Origin: Thermodesulfobacteriota bacterium | GTDB taxonomy: Bacteria > Desulfobacterota_D > UBA1144 > Nemesobacterales > JAJCZQ01 | Assembly: GCA_965203965.1 (NCBI GenBank) | Contig: CBDBDR010000017.1 | Coordinates: 378,801 to 442,800, forward strand | DNA: 64,000 bases | Direction of reading: 5' to 3' | In this document: positions 36,180 to 46,547 of the stretch, in pieces | How positions within the stretch are numbered: the stretch's first letter is position 1 | Layout of the letters: every line of letters begins with the position of its first letter | Translations under genes and position numbers: made by a program | The notes under the pieces: model-generated | Database searches by the model: none | What the model saw: only the letters and a program-made list of their open reading frames with translations | Told to the model about the DNA's origin: nothing

Positions 36180-36310
36180 CTTAAGCAGTCTATTTTATGC
36201 GATTTCAAGCTATATGCAAACAGATTAAAATGTATATTTAACAGTTTAATCTAGACTCGTTCCGTAATACTTTTGCAATGTTAAGTCAGTAGTGCTAAAT
36301 TTCCAAGTCC

Positions 36311-37075
36311 ATGAAGGTAACGATACTCGGTTGTTCCACTTCAACAGGTGTTCCAATAGCAGGTTGCAAGTGCAATGTATGCACCTCGGATAATCCAAGA
36401 AATAGAAGAACAAGGAGTTCCATACTTATCAATAAGGAAGGTCTTAATATACTGATTGATAGCTCAACAGATCTTCACTCTCAAGCTTTGGCAAATAATA
36501 TAAGCAGAATTGACGCAGTTCTTTACACTCACTCTCATGCAGACCATACTCACGGGATAGATGATCTGAGAACTTTCAACTTCATAAATGGAATTGAAAT
36601 TAACTGCTATGGTAATGCTTTTACAGTCAATAATATAAGATCAAATTTCAAATACATATTTGATGATTTTCCCGCGGCAGATGGCAAGCCGAGACTTAAT
36701 TTTAATATTGTCGATAAAGATTTTCACTTTAAAGGTGTTGATATAAGACCCGTTGAGATCAATCATGCAAATTGGGTAATATTTGGCTACAGAATTGGAG
36801 ATATGGCTTATTTGACAGATTGTAGCGGTATTCCTAATAAGTCGTTAAGCAAATTAACAAATCTTGACCTGCTTATAATTGGGGCATTAAGATACAAGGA
36901 ACACGTAGCACATTTCAATGTAGATCAGGCGGTTAATATAACTAAAAAGATCAAACCGAAAAGGGCTATATTAACCCACATGGGGCATGAACTTGATTAT
37001 GAATTGCTTAACAGTCAACTTCCAGAAAATATTTCACCTGCCTATGATGGGCAAACCTTCATATTAAACGGTTAA
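36311..37075 (+). CDS. MBL-fold metallohydrolase (PhnP-like)
   Basis: GCSTSTGVP..GCKCNVC, THSHADHTHG, YLTDCS, LTHMGH. Confidence 0.9.
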   Translation: MKVTILGCSTSTGVPIAGCKCNVCTSDNPRNRRTRSSILINKEGLNILIDSSTDLHSQALANNISRIDAVLYTHSHADHTHGIDDLRTFNFINGIEINCYGNAFTVNNIRSNFKYIFDDFPAADGKPRLNFNIVDKDFHFKGVDIRPVEINHANWVIFGYRIGDMAYLTDCSGIPNKSLSKLTNLDLLIIGALRYKEHVAHFNVDQAVNITKKIKPKRAILTHMGHELDYELLNSQLPENISPAYDGQTFILNG

Positions 37076-37087
37076 TGAGGTTAATAA

Positions 37088-38311
37088 ATGCAGGAAATAA
37101 TAAAGAAATTAGTGATCAGGAACAAAACCAAAATTATTCTTTGTGTTCTGGATGGATTGGGAGGGTTGCCAAAAGATGGAAAAACGGAACTTGAGATGGC
37201 AAACACACAAAATCTGGATGAAATTGCCAGGGGTTCATCCTGTGGGTTGCATACTCCCGTGGCACGAGGTATTACACCCGGAAGCGGTGCTGCGCATCTC
37301 GGGTTATTTGGCTATGACCCGATCGCTAACGAGATCGGTAGAGGTGTGCTTGAAGCACTAGGGCTTGGTATTGATCTAAATTCAAATGACCTTGCCGTAA
37401 GGGGAAATTTTGCAACGGTTTCTTACAAAGGTGGGAGGGTGGTTGTTACGGACAGAAGGGCAGGAAGACTTTCAACTGCAGAGAATAAAAGGATTACTGA
37501 ACTGTTATCTGAAAAAATAAAGGATATTGATGGTGTTAAAGTGGGTTTTTATCCTGGACTGGAACACAGGTTTGTATTAAAACTCACTTTTCCAAGAGAG
37601 GTTATTTCAGGTGGAGATAAAATTAACGATACCGACCCACAGAAAGTTGGTTTATCTCCGTTAGTTCCAACAGGTTCAAACGGTGAATCCTCAAAAATAG
37701 CGAGGGTTATAAACAAATTGGTTGATAATATTTCAAGAATTATAGTTAGCGAAAAAAAAGCCAATTACGTTTTACTTAGAGGCATATCAACACTTCCCGA
37801 TCTGGGTTCTTATGAAGAAATCTATGGATTAAAAGCGGGATGTATAGCGACTTATCCAATGTACAGAGGGGTTGCCAAACTTGTTGGAATGGAGATATTG
37901 GAAGTCAAGGATAAAACCATTAAAACCGAGATTGAAACTCTGGAACGGGAAATTAAGAACTATGATTTTATCTACATGCACATAAAAAAAACGGACAGTT
38001 GTGGTGAAGACGGCAACTTTGATGAAAAAGTGAGAGTTATAGAAGAGTTCGACAGCTTAATTCCCAAAATAATGTCCACCGATCCGGATGTTCTTGCCGT
38101 AACGGGTGATCATTCAACTCCTTCTGTAATGAAATCCCATAGTTGGCACCCGGTTCCCTTAATGATCAGTTCCAAATATCCACGGTTAAGCAGTATTAAC
38201 GGTTTTAACGAAACAGAATGCAATAAGGGCTCTCTTGGAATTATAAGGTCAACTGAAATCATGCCTCTTTTGCTGGCACACTCCGGTAGATTAAACAAGT
38301 TTGGAGCATAA
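37088..38311 (+). CDS. apgM: 2,3-bisphosphoglycerate-independent phosphoglycerate mutase, ApgM type
   Basis: LDGLGG, PGSGAAHL, IGRGVLEALG, DRRAGR, VTGDHSTP, HSWHPVP. Confidence 0.9.
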   Translation: MQEIIKKLVIRNKTKIILCVLDGLGGLPKDGKTELEMANTQNLDEIARGSSCGLHTPVARGITPGSGAAHLGLFGYDPIANEIGRGVLEALGLGIDLNSNDLAVRGNFATVSYKGGRVVVTDRRAGRLSTAENKRITELLSEKIKDIDGVKVGFYPGLEHRFVLKLTFPREVISGGDKINDTDPQKVGLSPLVPTGSNGESSKIARVINKLVDNISRIIVSEKKANYVLLRGISTLPDLGSYEEIYGLKAGCIATYPMYRGVAKLVGMEILEVKDKTIKTEIETLEREIKNYDFIYMHIKKTDSCGEDGNFDEKVRVIEEFDSLIPKIMSTDPDVLAVTGDHSTPSVMKSHSWHPVPLMISSKYPRLSSINGFNETECNKGSLGIIRSTEIMPLLLAHSGRLNKFGA

Positions 38312-38460
38312 TGGAAGAAAAAAAAACGCATTCCCTTTCTTTGGCGGAATTATTGACACCTTAAATGGCATTTAACAACCATCTTTTCTTCATTTAAATT
38401 CCTCAAAAAACCGGCCAAAAGTTAAGGCAAATACCCCCGAAATTGTCAAACCCTTTCTTC

Positions 38461-38566
38461 ACCAGCCTGTCAGGCTTCGTCTGCGACCCCTCCACAGGAG
38501 GGTAATGGACATTCAATTCCCCTTTCTTGAAGGGGTAGAATTGCCATTAGGCAATGACGGGGTAGT
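38461..38566. repeat. REP-like inverted doublet of hairpin-forming elements
   Basis: 38461-38506 ACCAGCCTGTCA-hairpin-ACCCCTCCACAGGAGGGTAAT; reverse complement of 38516-38566 is ACTACCCCGTCA-hairpin-ACCCCTTCAAGAAAGGGGAAT. Confidence 0.6.
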
Positions 38567-38702
38567 AAATTATGAGACACCTTTTGAGCAGTAAAGTATA
38601 CAAATCCCTACATTCTGTATAAATTCCTGGTAATTACTATTGAATATTTATGTCCCGTAATTATTTTTTATGCACATTTCATAAATACAGGAGAGTTTTA
38701 AT

Positions 38703-40568
38703 ATGTCACAAAAAACATCAAGCAGGCACGAATTTCAAGCAGAAGTAAAGCAACTATTGGATATTGTTGTCCATTCCTTATATACGGACAAAGAGATATT
38801 TATAAGAGAGTTGGTATCCAATGCTTCGGACGCACTTGAGAAACTTCGTTACGTTCAGCAAACGGAAAAAGAAATATTTGAGACACAACTTCCACTTGAA
38901 ATAGATATAAAAACCAATGATAAGGATAAAACAATTACGATAACTGATTTTGGGATTGGTATGACAAGAGAGGAATTGGTGGAAAATTTAGGCACAATCG
39001 CTCATTCGGGATCGAAGCAGTTTCTGGAATCCGTCAAAAAGGGAAAATCAATTGATGAAAACCTTGTAGGACAATTTGGTGTAGGTTTTTACAGTGCATT
39101 TATGGTAGCAGAAAAAGTGGAGGTTTATACACATGTCTGGCGCAAGAGAGGAGAGCATCTTTTATGGAAAAGCGATGGATCGGGAACATTTGAAATTGAA
39201 AAGGTCAAAGGTAACAGGAGAGGTACAAAAATTGTAGTTCATTTAAAGGATGAACATAAGGAATTTTCAGATACTGAAAGAGTTAAAGACGTGTTAAATC
39301 GGTATTCAGGATTTGTTCAGTTTCCAATAAAACTCAATGGCGAGCAGGTAAACAAAGTTGAAGCGATCTGGTTAAGAAACAAGATTGATATAAAAGAAGA
39401 TGAATATAAAGAGTTCTACAAATTTCAATCAAATGCCTTTGATGAACCTCGTTACGTGCTGCATTTTAAGTCTGATGCTCCAATTGAGATCAATTCATTG
39501 CTGTTTGTTCCAACGGAAAACCCTGAACTCCCCGGTTTTGGAAGAATGGAACCGGGTGTAAGCCTTTATTGCAAGAGGATATTGATCGATCCAAGTCCAA
39601 AATATCTTCTGCCAGAATGGCTCAGATTTTTAAGAGGCGTTGTTGATAGTGCGGATCTGCCACTAAACATATCAAGGGAAAGTATGCAGGATAGTTTACT
39701 TATGAGCAGTATGGGTAGGGCAATAACAAAAAGATTTTTGAGATTCTTATCCGATGAGGCAAGAAAAGATGCAAAGAAATACTCAGATTTTTATAATAAA
39801 TTCGGTTTCTTTATCAAGGAGGGAGCATCTTCCGATTTTGAGAATCGTGATCAGTTGCAGAAATTGCTCAGGTTTGAAACCTCGGCAACGAACAAGAATG
39901 AGCTAAAGTCTCTTAAAGAATATGTTTCTGGTATGAAAGAAGATCAAAAGGAAATATACTATGCTTTTGGCAGTGATAGGAGTTTGATTGACGGCAGTCC
40001 ACAAATGGAAGCTATTAAGTCACGTGGAGTGGAAGCTATTTATATCTATGACCCGATAGATGATTTTGTAATCAATGGCATTGGGGAGTTTGATGGCAAA
40101 AAAGTTGTCTCTGTGGATGCTGCTGACGTTGACGTTAAAAAATCTAAAGGGAACAAGAGTTTATTGAGCGATAAGGAAGTAGATGATCTTTGCAGTTGGA
40201 TGAAAGACACACTAGGAGATAAAGTTGAGGAAATAAAGATCAGTAAAAGACTGGTTGACAGTCCGGTGGTTGCACTTAATGCAGATAAGACCATGACGCA
40301 TAGCATGAGGCGTTTTATTAACGTTATGAACAAGGATAAGGATAAAAAAACAGAATATAAAATCAGACTTGAGATCAATGGTTCACACAGTTTGATAAAA
40401 AAATTGGACGGTCTCAGAAAAAAAGATGAAGATACGGCAAAACTGGTTGCGGGACAGCTATATGATAATGCACTCCTTGCTGCCGGTTTGATGGATGAAC
40501 CGCAAATGATGGTTGGAAGAATATACGATATACTTGAACATGTATCTGCGGGTGTCCAAAAAAAATGA
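38703..40568 (+). CDS. htpG: molecular chaperone Hsp90
   Basis: [47 protein letters not shown]. Confidence 0.97.
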   Translation: MSQKTSSRHEFQAEVKQLLDIVVHSLYTDKEIFIRELVSNASDALEKLRYVQQTEKEIFETQLPLEIDIKTNDKDKTITITDFGIGMTREELVENLGTIAHSGSKQFLESVKKGKSIDENLVGQFGVGFYSAFMVAEKVEVYTHVWRKRGEHLLWKSDGSGTFEIEKVKGNRRGTKIVVHLKDEHKEFSDTERVKDVLNRYSGFVQFPIKLNGEQVNKVEAIWLRNKIDIKEDEYKEFYKFQSNAFDEPRYVLHFKSDAPIEINSLLFVPTENPELPGFGRMEPGVSLYCKRILIDPSPKYLLPEWLRFLRGVVDSADLPLNISRESMQDSLLMSSMGRAITKRFLRFLSDEARKDAKKYSDFYNKFGFFIKEGASSDFENRDQLQKLLRFETSATNKNELKSLKEYVSGMKEDQKEIYYAFGSDRSLIDGSPQMEAIKSRGVEAIYIYDPIDDFVINGIGEFDGKKVVSVDAADVDVKKSKGNKSLLSDKEVDDLCSWMKDTLGDKVEEIKISKRLVDSPVVALNADKTMTHSMRRFINVMNKDKDKKTEYKIRLEINGSHSLIKKLDGLRKKDEDTAKLVAGQLYDNALLAAGLMDEPQMMVGRIYDILEHVSAGVQKK

Positions 40569-41233
40569 TTGAGCTATACACGGCAGCCACACCCAACGGT
40601 AGAAAGATCTCAATTATGCTTGAAGAGACGGGGCTTGAATACAACGTCCACAAGATTGATCTGCACAAAATGGAACAGAAAGAAGACTGGTTTATTAAAA
40701 TAAATCCCAACGGGAGAATACCGGCAATAATTGACCGTGATAATGATGAATTTCCTGTTTTTGAATCTGGGGCAATACTTATTTATCTTGCTGAAAAAAC
40801 AGGGAAATTCCTACCCAAATCAGACAAAGCCAGATCGCGTGTTATACAGTGGCTTATGTTTCAAATGGCGGGCATTGGCCCCATGCAAGGTCAAGCAAAT
40901 GTGTTCTACAGATATGCTCCTGATAAAATACAATATGCAATTGACCGTTATCATAATGAAACAGAAAGATTATACGGAGTTTTGGACAGACAGTTATCTG
41001 AGAATGAATTTATATCAGGTGAGTATTCAATAGCTGATATTGCTCACTGGCCATGGATAAATGCACATGATTGGTCAGGTGTCGGATTAGAACAGTTCCC
41101 CAATCTTGCAAGGTGGCATGAGCAGGTAGGTAAAAGGCACGCTGTGATCAAGGGAAAGAACGTGCCAGTAAGCACTACGGAACAGGGATCGGATGAGAGT
41201 CGTATAGAGAAAACGAGGAGAATACTGTCTTAA
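40565..41233 (+). CDS. glutathione S-transferase family protein (YfcG/Nu-class-like)
   Basis: [37 protein letters not shown]; ATGA overlap with htpG. Confidence 0.9.
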   Translation: MIELYTAATPNGRKISIMLEETGLEYNVHKIDLHKMEQKEDWFIKINPNGRIPAIIDRDNDEFPVFESGAILIYLAEKTGKFLPKSDKARSRVIQWLMFQMAGIGPMQGQANVFYRYAPDKIQYAIDRYHNETERLYGVLDRQLSENEFISGEYSIADIAHWPWINAHDWSGVGLEQFPNLARWHEQVGKRHAVIKGKNVPVSTTEQGSDESRIEKTRRILS

Positions 41234-41268
41234 ATTCACAATGAAAATATTTAATTGGAGGAAAAATT

Positions 41269-41826
41269 ATGGTTCTTACACCATCAACAATGAAGCCGCT
41301 TGGTTCAATCGGACCGGGATTTGAACTCCTGGACGTGGTAAGTGGAAAGGTTATGGGTCTTGATGAAATGAGATCGGATATTGCAACGGTGATAATGTTT
41401 ATATGCAATCACTGTCCTTACGTAAAACACGTTCAGATTGGACTGGTTGAGTTGGCAAATGATTATTTGCCACGGGGAGTGAAATTTATTGCAATAAATT
41501 CCAATGATGTTGAAAACTACCCTGATGATTCTCCTGATAATATGAAAGTGGACGCAGAGAGGTTGGGTTATCCTTTTCCATATTTATTTGATGAAACTCA
41601 GAATGTAGCAAAAGCCTACGGTGCTGCCTGCACACCCGACTTTTTTATTTATGATAAGGATTCAAAACTCACATACCGCGGACAAATGGATGACTCACGT
41701 CCTGGAAACGGCAAACCCGTCACGGGTGTAGATATAAGAAAGGTGCTTGATGATCTGATTGCAGGAAATGAAGTATCTGCTAACCAAATCCCGAGCATAG
41801 GTTGTAATATAAAGTGGAAAAGTTAA
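41269..41826 (+). CDS. thioredoxin-fold AhpC/TSA-like redoxin
   Basis: FICNHCPYV, YPDDSP, ACTPDFF, GCNIKWK. Confidence 0.9.
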   Translation: MVLTPSTMKPLGSIGPGFELLDVVSGKVMGLDEMRSDIATVIMFICNHCPYVKHVQIGLVELANDYLPRGVKFIAINSNDVENYPDDSPDNMKVDAERLGYPFPYLFDETQNVAKAYGAACTPDFFIYDKDSKLTYRGQMDDSRPGNGKPVTGVDIRKVLDDLIAGNEVSANQIPSIGCNIKWKS

Positions 41827-41860
41827 TGATTTTTGCTTATTAATTGCCTCTTGAATTTCA

Positions 41861-43534
41861 ATGACAATACCAGAGAAGTATGATTTTATCAGATCTATAA
41901 TTTCCGATGATATAAAGAAAGGCAAAAACAACGGAAAGGTTATAACACGATTTCCTCCGGAACCTAATGGTTATCTTCATATAGGACATGCAAAATCAGT
42001 GTGTCTGAATTTTGGAATAGCAAAAGAATTTGGCGGTGTATGCAATCTTCGTTTTGACGATACAAATCCGGTCAAAGAGGATGAGGAATACGTTGAATCT
42101 ATCAAAGAAGATATAAAATGGTTGGGTTTTGACTGGGAGGACAGGATTTATTACACGTCCGATTATTTTGAAAAGTTGTGTGAATTTGCAATAAATCTTA
42201 TCAAAAAAGGAAAAGCTTACATCGACAGTCTAAATGCTAAAGAGATCAAAGAATACAGGGGGACTTTGAGTGAACCGGGTAGGGAAAGTCCCCACAGAAA
42301 CAGGTCGGTGGAGGAGAATCTTGATCTTTTTGAAAAGATGAGAAATGGTCAGTTCGTTGAGCATACACACGTTCTCAGGGCAAAAATTGACATGGCTCAT
42401 GGAAATATGAACATGAGGGATCCCGTTATGTTCAGGATACTGGACACTGCTCATCATCACACGGGGAAAAAGTGGCACGTGTATCCCACTTATGACTGGG
42501 CACATGGACAATCGGACTCAATTGAAGGTATTACCCACTCACTCTGCACTCTGGAGTTTGAAGACCACAGATCTCTCTATGACTGGTTTTTAGACCAGTT
42601 AGAAATACACCACCCGCAGCAGATAGAGTTTGCAAGACTCTCTATCAGTTACACGGTATTAAGCAAGCGAATGCTTACCGAGCTTGTAAACGAAAAGCAC
42701 GTATCGGGATGGGATGATCCGAGGATGCCTACAATAGCGGGACTAAGAAGAAGAGGATATACGCCAGAATCCATAAAGAATTTCTGCGACCAGGTCGGTA
42801 TTACAAAAAATGACAGTCTTATTGATGTTTCATTATTGGAACACAGCATAAGGGACGACTTGAATAAAAAGGCTTTGCGAGTCATGGGAGTGATAGAGCC
42901 GTTAAAAGTTGTGATAGTTAATTATCCCGATGATCAAGACGAATACGTTGAAGCAGTTAATAATCCCGAGAACATAAATGATGGTAGTCGCCTGGTGCCG
43001 TTCAGCAAGGAACTTTATATTGAAAGGGATGATTTTATGATTGACCCGCCTAAAAAGTATTTCAGGCTTTCCCCGGGCAATGAAGTAAGATTAAGATACG
43101 CATACTATATAAAATGTGTTGATCATGTAAAAGATGATGTAACAGGGGAGATAAAAGAAATACACTGTGTTTACGACCCTAAAACAAGAGGTGGAAAATC
43201 TCCAGATGGCAGGAAAGTTAAAGGCACCATACACTGGGTTTCTGCAAAACATTGTGTAACAGGGGAATTGAGGCTTTACGATAGGTTGTTCACAGTTCCC
43301 GACCCAATCCATGTTGATAACCAAGACTATAAGGATTTTTTAAATCCTGATTCTGTCAAAATAATTGACAATGCCCGTCTGGAGCCAGCAATGGCTGATG
43401 CAAAAGTAGGAGTTAATTATCAACTTGAGAGAAAAGGTTATTTTATTTTAGACTCCAGAGATGGCTCTGATAATAAGATCGTTCTTAACAGGACGGTTAC
43501 ACTTAGGGATTCATGGAGTAAAATGAACAAATGA
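41861..43534 (+). CDS. glnS: glutamine--tRNA ligase
   Basis: TRFPPEPNGYLHIGHAK, LRFDDTNP, CTLEFE, LSKR, WDDPRMPT. Confidence 0.96.
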   Translation: MTIPEKYDFIRSIISDDIKKGKNNGKVITRFPPEPNGYLHIGHAKSVCLNFGIAKEFGGVCNLRFDDTNPVKEDEEYVESIKEDIKWLGFDWEDRIYYTSDYFEKLCEFAINLIKKGKAYIDSLNAKEIKEYRGTLSEPGRESPHRNRSVEENLDLFEKMRNGQFVEHTHVLRAKIDMAHGNMNMRDPVMFRILDTAHHHTGKKWHVYPTYDWAHGQSDSIEGITHSLCTLEFEDHRSLYDWFLDQLEIHHPQQIEFARLSISYTVLSKRMLTELVNEKHVSGWDDPRMPTIAGLRRRGYTPESIKNFCDQVGITKNDSLIDVSLLEHSIRDDLNKKALRVMGVIEPLKVVIVNYPDDQDEYVEAVNNPENINDGSRLVPFSKELYIERDDFMIDPPKKYFRLSPGNEVRLRYAYYIKCVDHVKDDVTGEIKEIHCVYDPKTRGGKSPDGRKVKGTIHWVSAKHCVTGELRLYDRLFTVPDPIHVDNQDYKDFLNPDSVKIIDNARLEPAMADAKVGVNYQLERKGYFILDSRDGSDNKIVLNRTVTLRDSWSKMNK

Positions 43535-43570
43535 GACTTTAATAAAAAACTATAAATATTCAAAATAATA

Positions 43571-44356
43571 ATGAACTGGCGTATAGATGAAAGAGAAGGT
43601 GTGGTGGTTGTAAAGATGAGTTCCAATAGGCTCAATATTATGAATGACACTTTCTTTGTAGATTTAAACAATGCTTTTGACATGATTGAGAGCGACCACA
43701 AGGATAAACCCGTGGTGCTAACTTCCGTGGGAAATGTTTTCTCCGCTGGTGTTGATCTAAAGCACTGTCTGCCGATCTTTGAAAGTGGCGATAAGAAAAA
43801 GATCCAAGTTTGGTTTGACCAGTTCAGAGACTCTATATTGAGAGTTTTTACCTTTGACCAACCGCTAATAGCTGCAATTAATGGTCATGCTATAGCAGGC
43901 GGACTTATACTGGCACTTTGTTGTGATATAAGGTTTGCCATAAACACAAGTGCAAAATTTGGATTGAACGAGATAACGATCGGGTTTCCGCTTCCGAGAG
44001 TTTTTGCGGAAATAATCAAGCACGCAATTGGTGCCAGAAGAGCAGAAGAGATGCTGTTCAGAGGAAATCTTTATAATGTGGATGAAGCACTAAAACTTGG
44101 TATTTTTCATAATGTTACCATTCAAAGCAACTTGATGGATATGGCGTTGAGTTATGCTTCGGAGTTTAACGGCAGTAATATCCATTCTTATTCTATTGCA
44201 AAAAAAGCAATGAGGGATGAAGTTTTAGATAGGATCTGCGGACTGTCAAAAGTTACAGATAAACAAATAGTTGATAGTCTAGCTTCTAATGAAACCGTGA
44301 GCAGTTTAAGAAACGTTTTAGATGGTCTAAAATCCCAAGAAGGAAATTCTGCATAA
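43571..44356 (+). CDS. enoyl-CoA hydratase/isomerase family protein
   Basis: FSAGVDL, AAINGHAIAGGLILALCCD, GLNE. Confidence 0.9.
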   Translation: MNWRIDEREGVVVVKMSSNRLNIMNDTFFVDLNNAFDMIESDHKDKPVVLTSVGNVFSAGVDLKHCLPIFESGDKKKIQVWFDQFRDSILRVFTFDQPLIAAINGHAIAGGLILALCCDIRFAINTSAKFGLNEITIGFPLPRVFAEIIKHAIGARRAEEMLFRGNLYNVDEALKLGIFHNVTIQSNLMDMALSYASEFNGSNIHSYSIAKKAMRDEVLDRICGLSKVTDKQIVDSLASNETVSSLRNVLDGLKSQEGNSA

Positions 44357-44839
44357 ATGCTAAAGATCAGGAAAGCAACTACCCAAGATGCTTATTCTAT
44401 GGCTGGTATCTTACAAGAAATAGGATGGTCTGAAAAGAGAAACTCAATGTCCCAGTCAGAGGTTGCAGAGCCAATTAAACTTCTTATAGACCATGCAATA
44501 AAAGACCCACGAGGGCATACGATCTACGTTGCAGTTGACCATGAGGGCAAAGCCGTTGGATTTACCAACGTGCACTGGGTTCCTTTTATTATGCTTGGCA
44601 GTATTGAGGGTTACGTGTCTGATGTTTTTGTAAGTCCTTCGGCAAGTGGAAAAGGTGCGGGTAGATTGTTGATTGAAGAGATCATCAGGGAAGGAAAAAG
44701 CAGAGATGCCTACAGGCTTATGGTAACCAACGGAAAAGAGAAGCCGTCTTACAAAAGAGAGTTTTACAAGAAGTTGGGTTGGAGTGAGCGTCCTCAGGTT
44801 GCCAACTTTGTTTATTATTTCAAAGAACCCTGGTCTTAA
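44357..44839 (+). CDS. GNAT family N-acetyltransferase
   Basis: VFVSPSASGKGAGRLL acetyl-CoA motif, FYKKLGW. Confidence 0.85.
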   Translation: MLKIRKATTQDAYSMAGILQEIGWSEKRNSMSQSEVAEPIKLLIDHAIKDPRGHTIYVAVDHEGKAVGFTNVHWVPFIMLGSIEGYVSDVFVSPSASGKGAGRLLIEEIIREGKSRDAYRLMVTNGKEKPSYKREFYKKLGWSERPQVANFVYYFKEPWS

Positions 44840-44909
44840 GAGAAAGACGGCAGTCGTTACCGTGAATTTTTAGTTATAATACCGTTCATTCACTATAAGA
44901 GAGGTTTAT

Positions 44910-45743
44910 ATGAAATTTCAAGGAACAGATGATTATATATCAACCAGAGATCTGACACTTGCCGTTAATGCTTCAATTACCCTGCAAAGACCCCTTCTTG
45001 TAAAAGGTGAGCCGGGAACTGGTAAGACAATGCTTGCATTTGAAGTGGCAAAAGCTCTGCAAAAGGAGATCATAACTTGGCACGTTAAATCAACAACAAC
45101 CGCACAGCAGGGGCTTTATGAGTATGATGCCGTTGCGAGGCTGCGTGATTCACAGCTCGGTGATGACGGGGTCAATGATATATCAAACTACATTAAAAAA
45201 GGAAAACTCTGGGAGGCATTTGGGTCAAAAGAGCAGACCGTCCTTTTGATCGATGAGATTGACAAGGCGGATATTGAATTTCCAAATGACCTGCTACTTG
45301 AACTTGATAAGATGGAGTTTTACTGTTACGAGCTTAGAAAAACGATAAAAGCTAAGAACCGTCCCGTTGTCATAATCACGTCAAACAATGAAAAGGAGTT
45401 GCCGGACGCATTTTTAAGGCGGTGCTTTTTTCATTATATTACATTTCCTGAAAGAGAAACACTTGTTGAGATCGTCAAAGTTCACTACCCCGATCTGGAA
45501 AAGAAGCTACTTGATCAAGCACTTGCCCTTTTTTATTCCCTGCGGGAAGTAAGTGGTTTTAAGAAAAAACCTTCCACAAGTGAGCTTATAGATTGGCTAA
45601 AACTTTTAACTGTGGGAAAGATAAACGCAGATGAATTAAAGTCTGTTGATTTCAAGGAGCAGATGCCGCCTTATTTAGGTTCGCTACTGAAAAATGAACA
45701 GGATCATGAACTGCTTAATGCTTTGAGATATAGGAGAAGTTGA
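44910..45743 (+). CDS. MoxR family AAA+ ATPase (CoxD-like)
   Basis: GEPGTGKT Walker A, LLIDEIDKAD Walker B, ELPDAFLRRC, KKPSTSEL. Confidence 0.93.
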   Translation: MKFQGTDDYISTRDLTLAVNASITLQRPLLVKGEPGTGKTMLAFEVAKALQKEIITWHVKSTTTAQQGLYEYDAVARLRDSQLGDDGVNDISNYIKKGKLWEAFGSKEQTVLLIDEIDKADIEFPNDLLLELDKMEFYCYELRKTIKAKNRPVVIITSNNEKELPDAFLRRCFFHYITFPERETLVEIVKVHYPDLEKKLLDQALALFYSLREVSGFKKKPSTSELIDWLKLLTVGKINADELKSVDFKEQMPPYLGSLLKNEQDHELLNALRYRRS

Positions 45744-45755
45744 GGTAATAGGTAA

Positions 45756-46547
45756 ATGATGAGCAGAACAGAATTTTTAAAGAACCAAGGTTTTACTTGT
45801 GGGAGTAAGCAAGGAGTAGAACCTTGGCAACAAAGTTGGTCATTTGTCAATACCAACAAACGATTAGTTGCTTTTGGTGCGTGGGTTCCTGATTTAAGTA
45901 CCAACCATCATGAGAAAAAATTAGAAATATTATCCACCAAAAAGGAGAGTCACAACTCTAAAGTCCGCAGAAAATTTGGTTACACCCAAGCTATTAAACA
46001 CATAAAACTTATTGAACAGGAAGGTTATAAATTAAAAATTTTCCTACAAGAACGGAAAACAAATCAATCAGGTTCTTCAGTGAAAATAAAAAGATTTCAA
46101 CGAAAACTTATAGATAAAAAACTCGAAAAAAATGGAAAGGATTGGTATGCGGTAGAAGAAGAAATATCAATACCACAGGAAATACCTGAAGATGAAAAGG
46201 ACAGGTATACGGAAGGGGCAAAAAAACAAATAACGGTTAATTCCTATGAGAGAAATCGTAAAGCCAGAGATGCCTGCATAGAACATCATGGTTCAAAATG
46301 TTGTATTTGTGATTTTGATTTTGGCAAATATTATGGTGAGGAATACAAAGGATTTATCCATGTTCACCACATCAAACCACTTTCAGATGTAAAAAAAGGG
46401 TATGAAGTTAAACCAAAACAAGACATGATGCCCGTTTGTCCAAATTGCCATGCAGTTATTCACTACAACCGAGATCAAATTTTAACAATAGAAAAAATGA
46501 AAGAGAAAGTTAATAGTCCAAATCGGAACAATCAATCATGTTCTTAG
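45756..46547 (+). CDS. HNH endonuclease with McrA-like C-terminal domain
   Basis: EG..KQITVNSYERNRKAR..C...CCIC...IHVHHIKPL...CPNCHAVIH; distinct N-terminal domain. Confidence 0.9.
   Translation: MMSRTEFLKNQGFTCGSKQGVEPWQQSWSFVNTNKRLVAFGAWVPDLSTNHHEKKLEILSTKKESHNSKVRRKFGYTQAIKHIKLIEQEGYKLKIFLQERKTNQSGSSVKIKRFQRKLIDKKLEKNGKDWYAVEEEISIPQEIPEDEKDRYTEGAKKQITVNSYERNRKARDACIEHHGSKCCICDFDFGKYYGEEYKGFIHVHHIKPLSDVKKGYEVKPKQDMMPVCPNCHAVIHYNRDQILTIEKMKEKVNSPNRNNQSCS

Noticed and set aside
38636-38662. Sigma32-like promoter before htpG (TTGAA...CCCGTAAT)
   Set aside because: Spacer too short and poor -10 match
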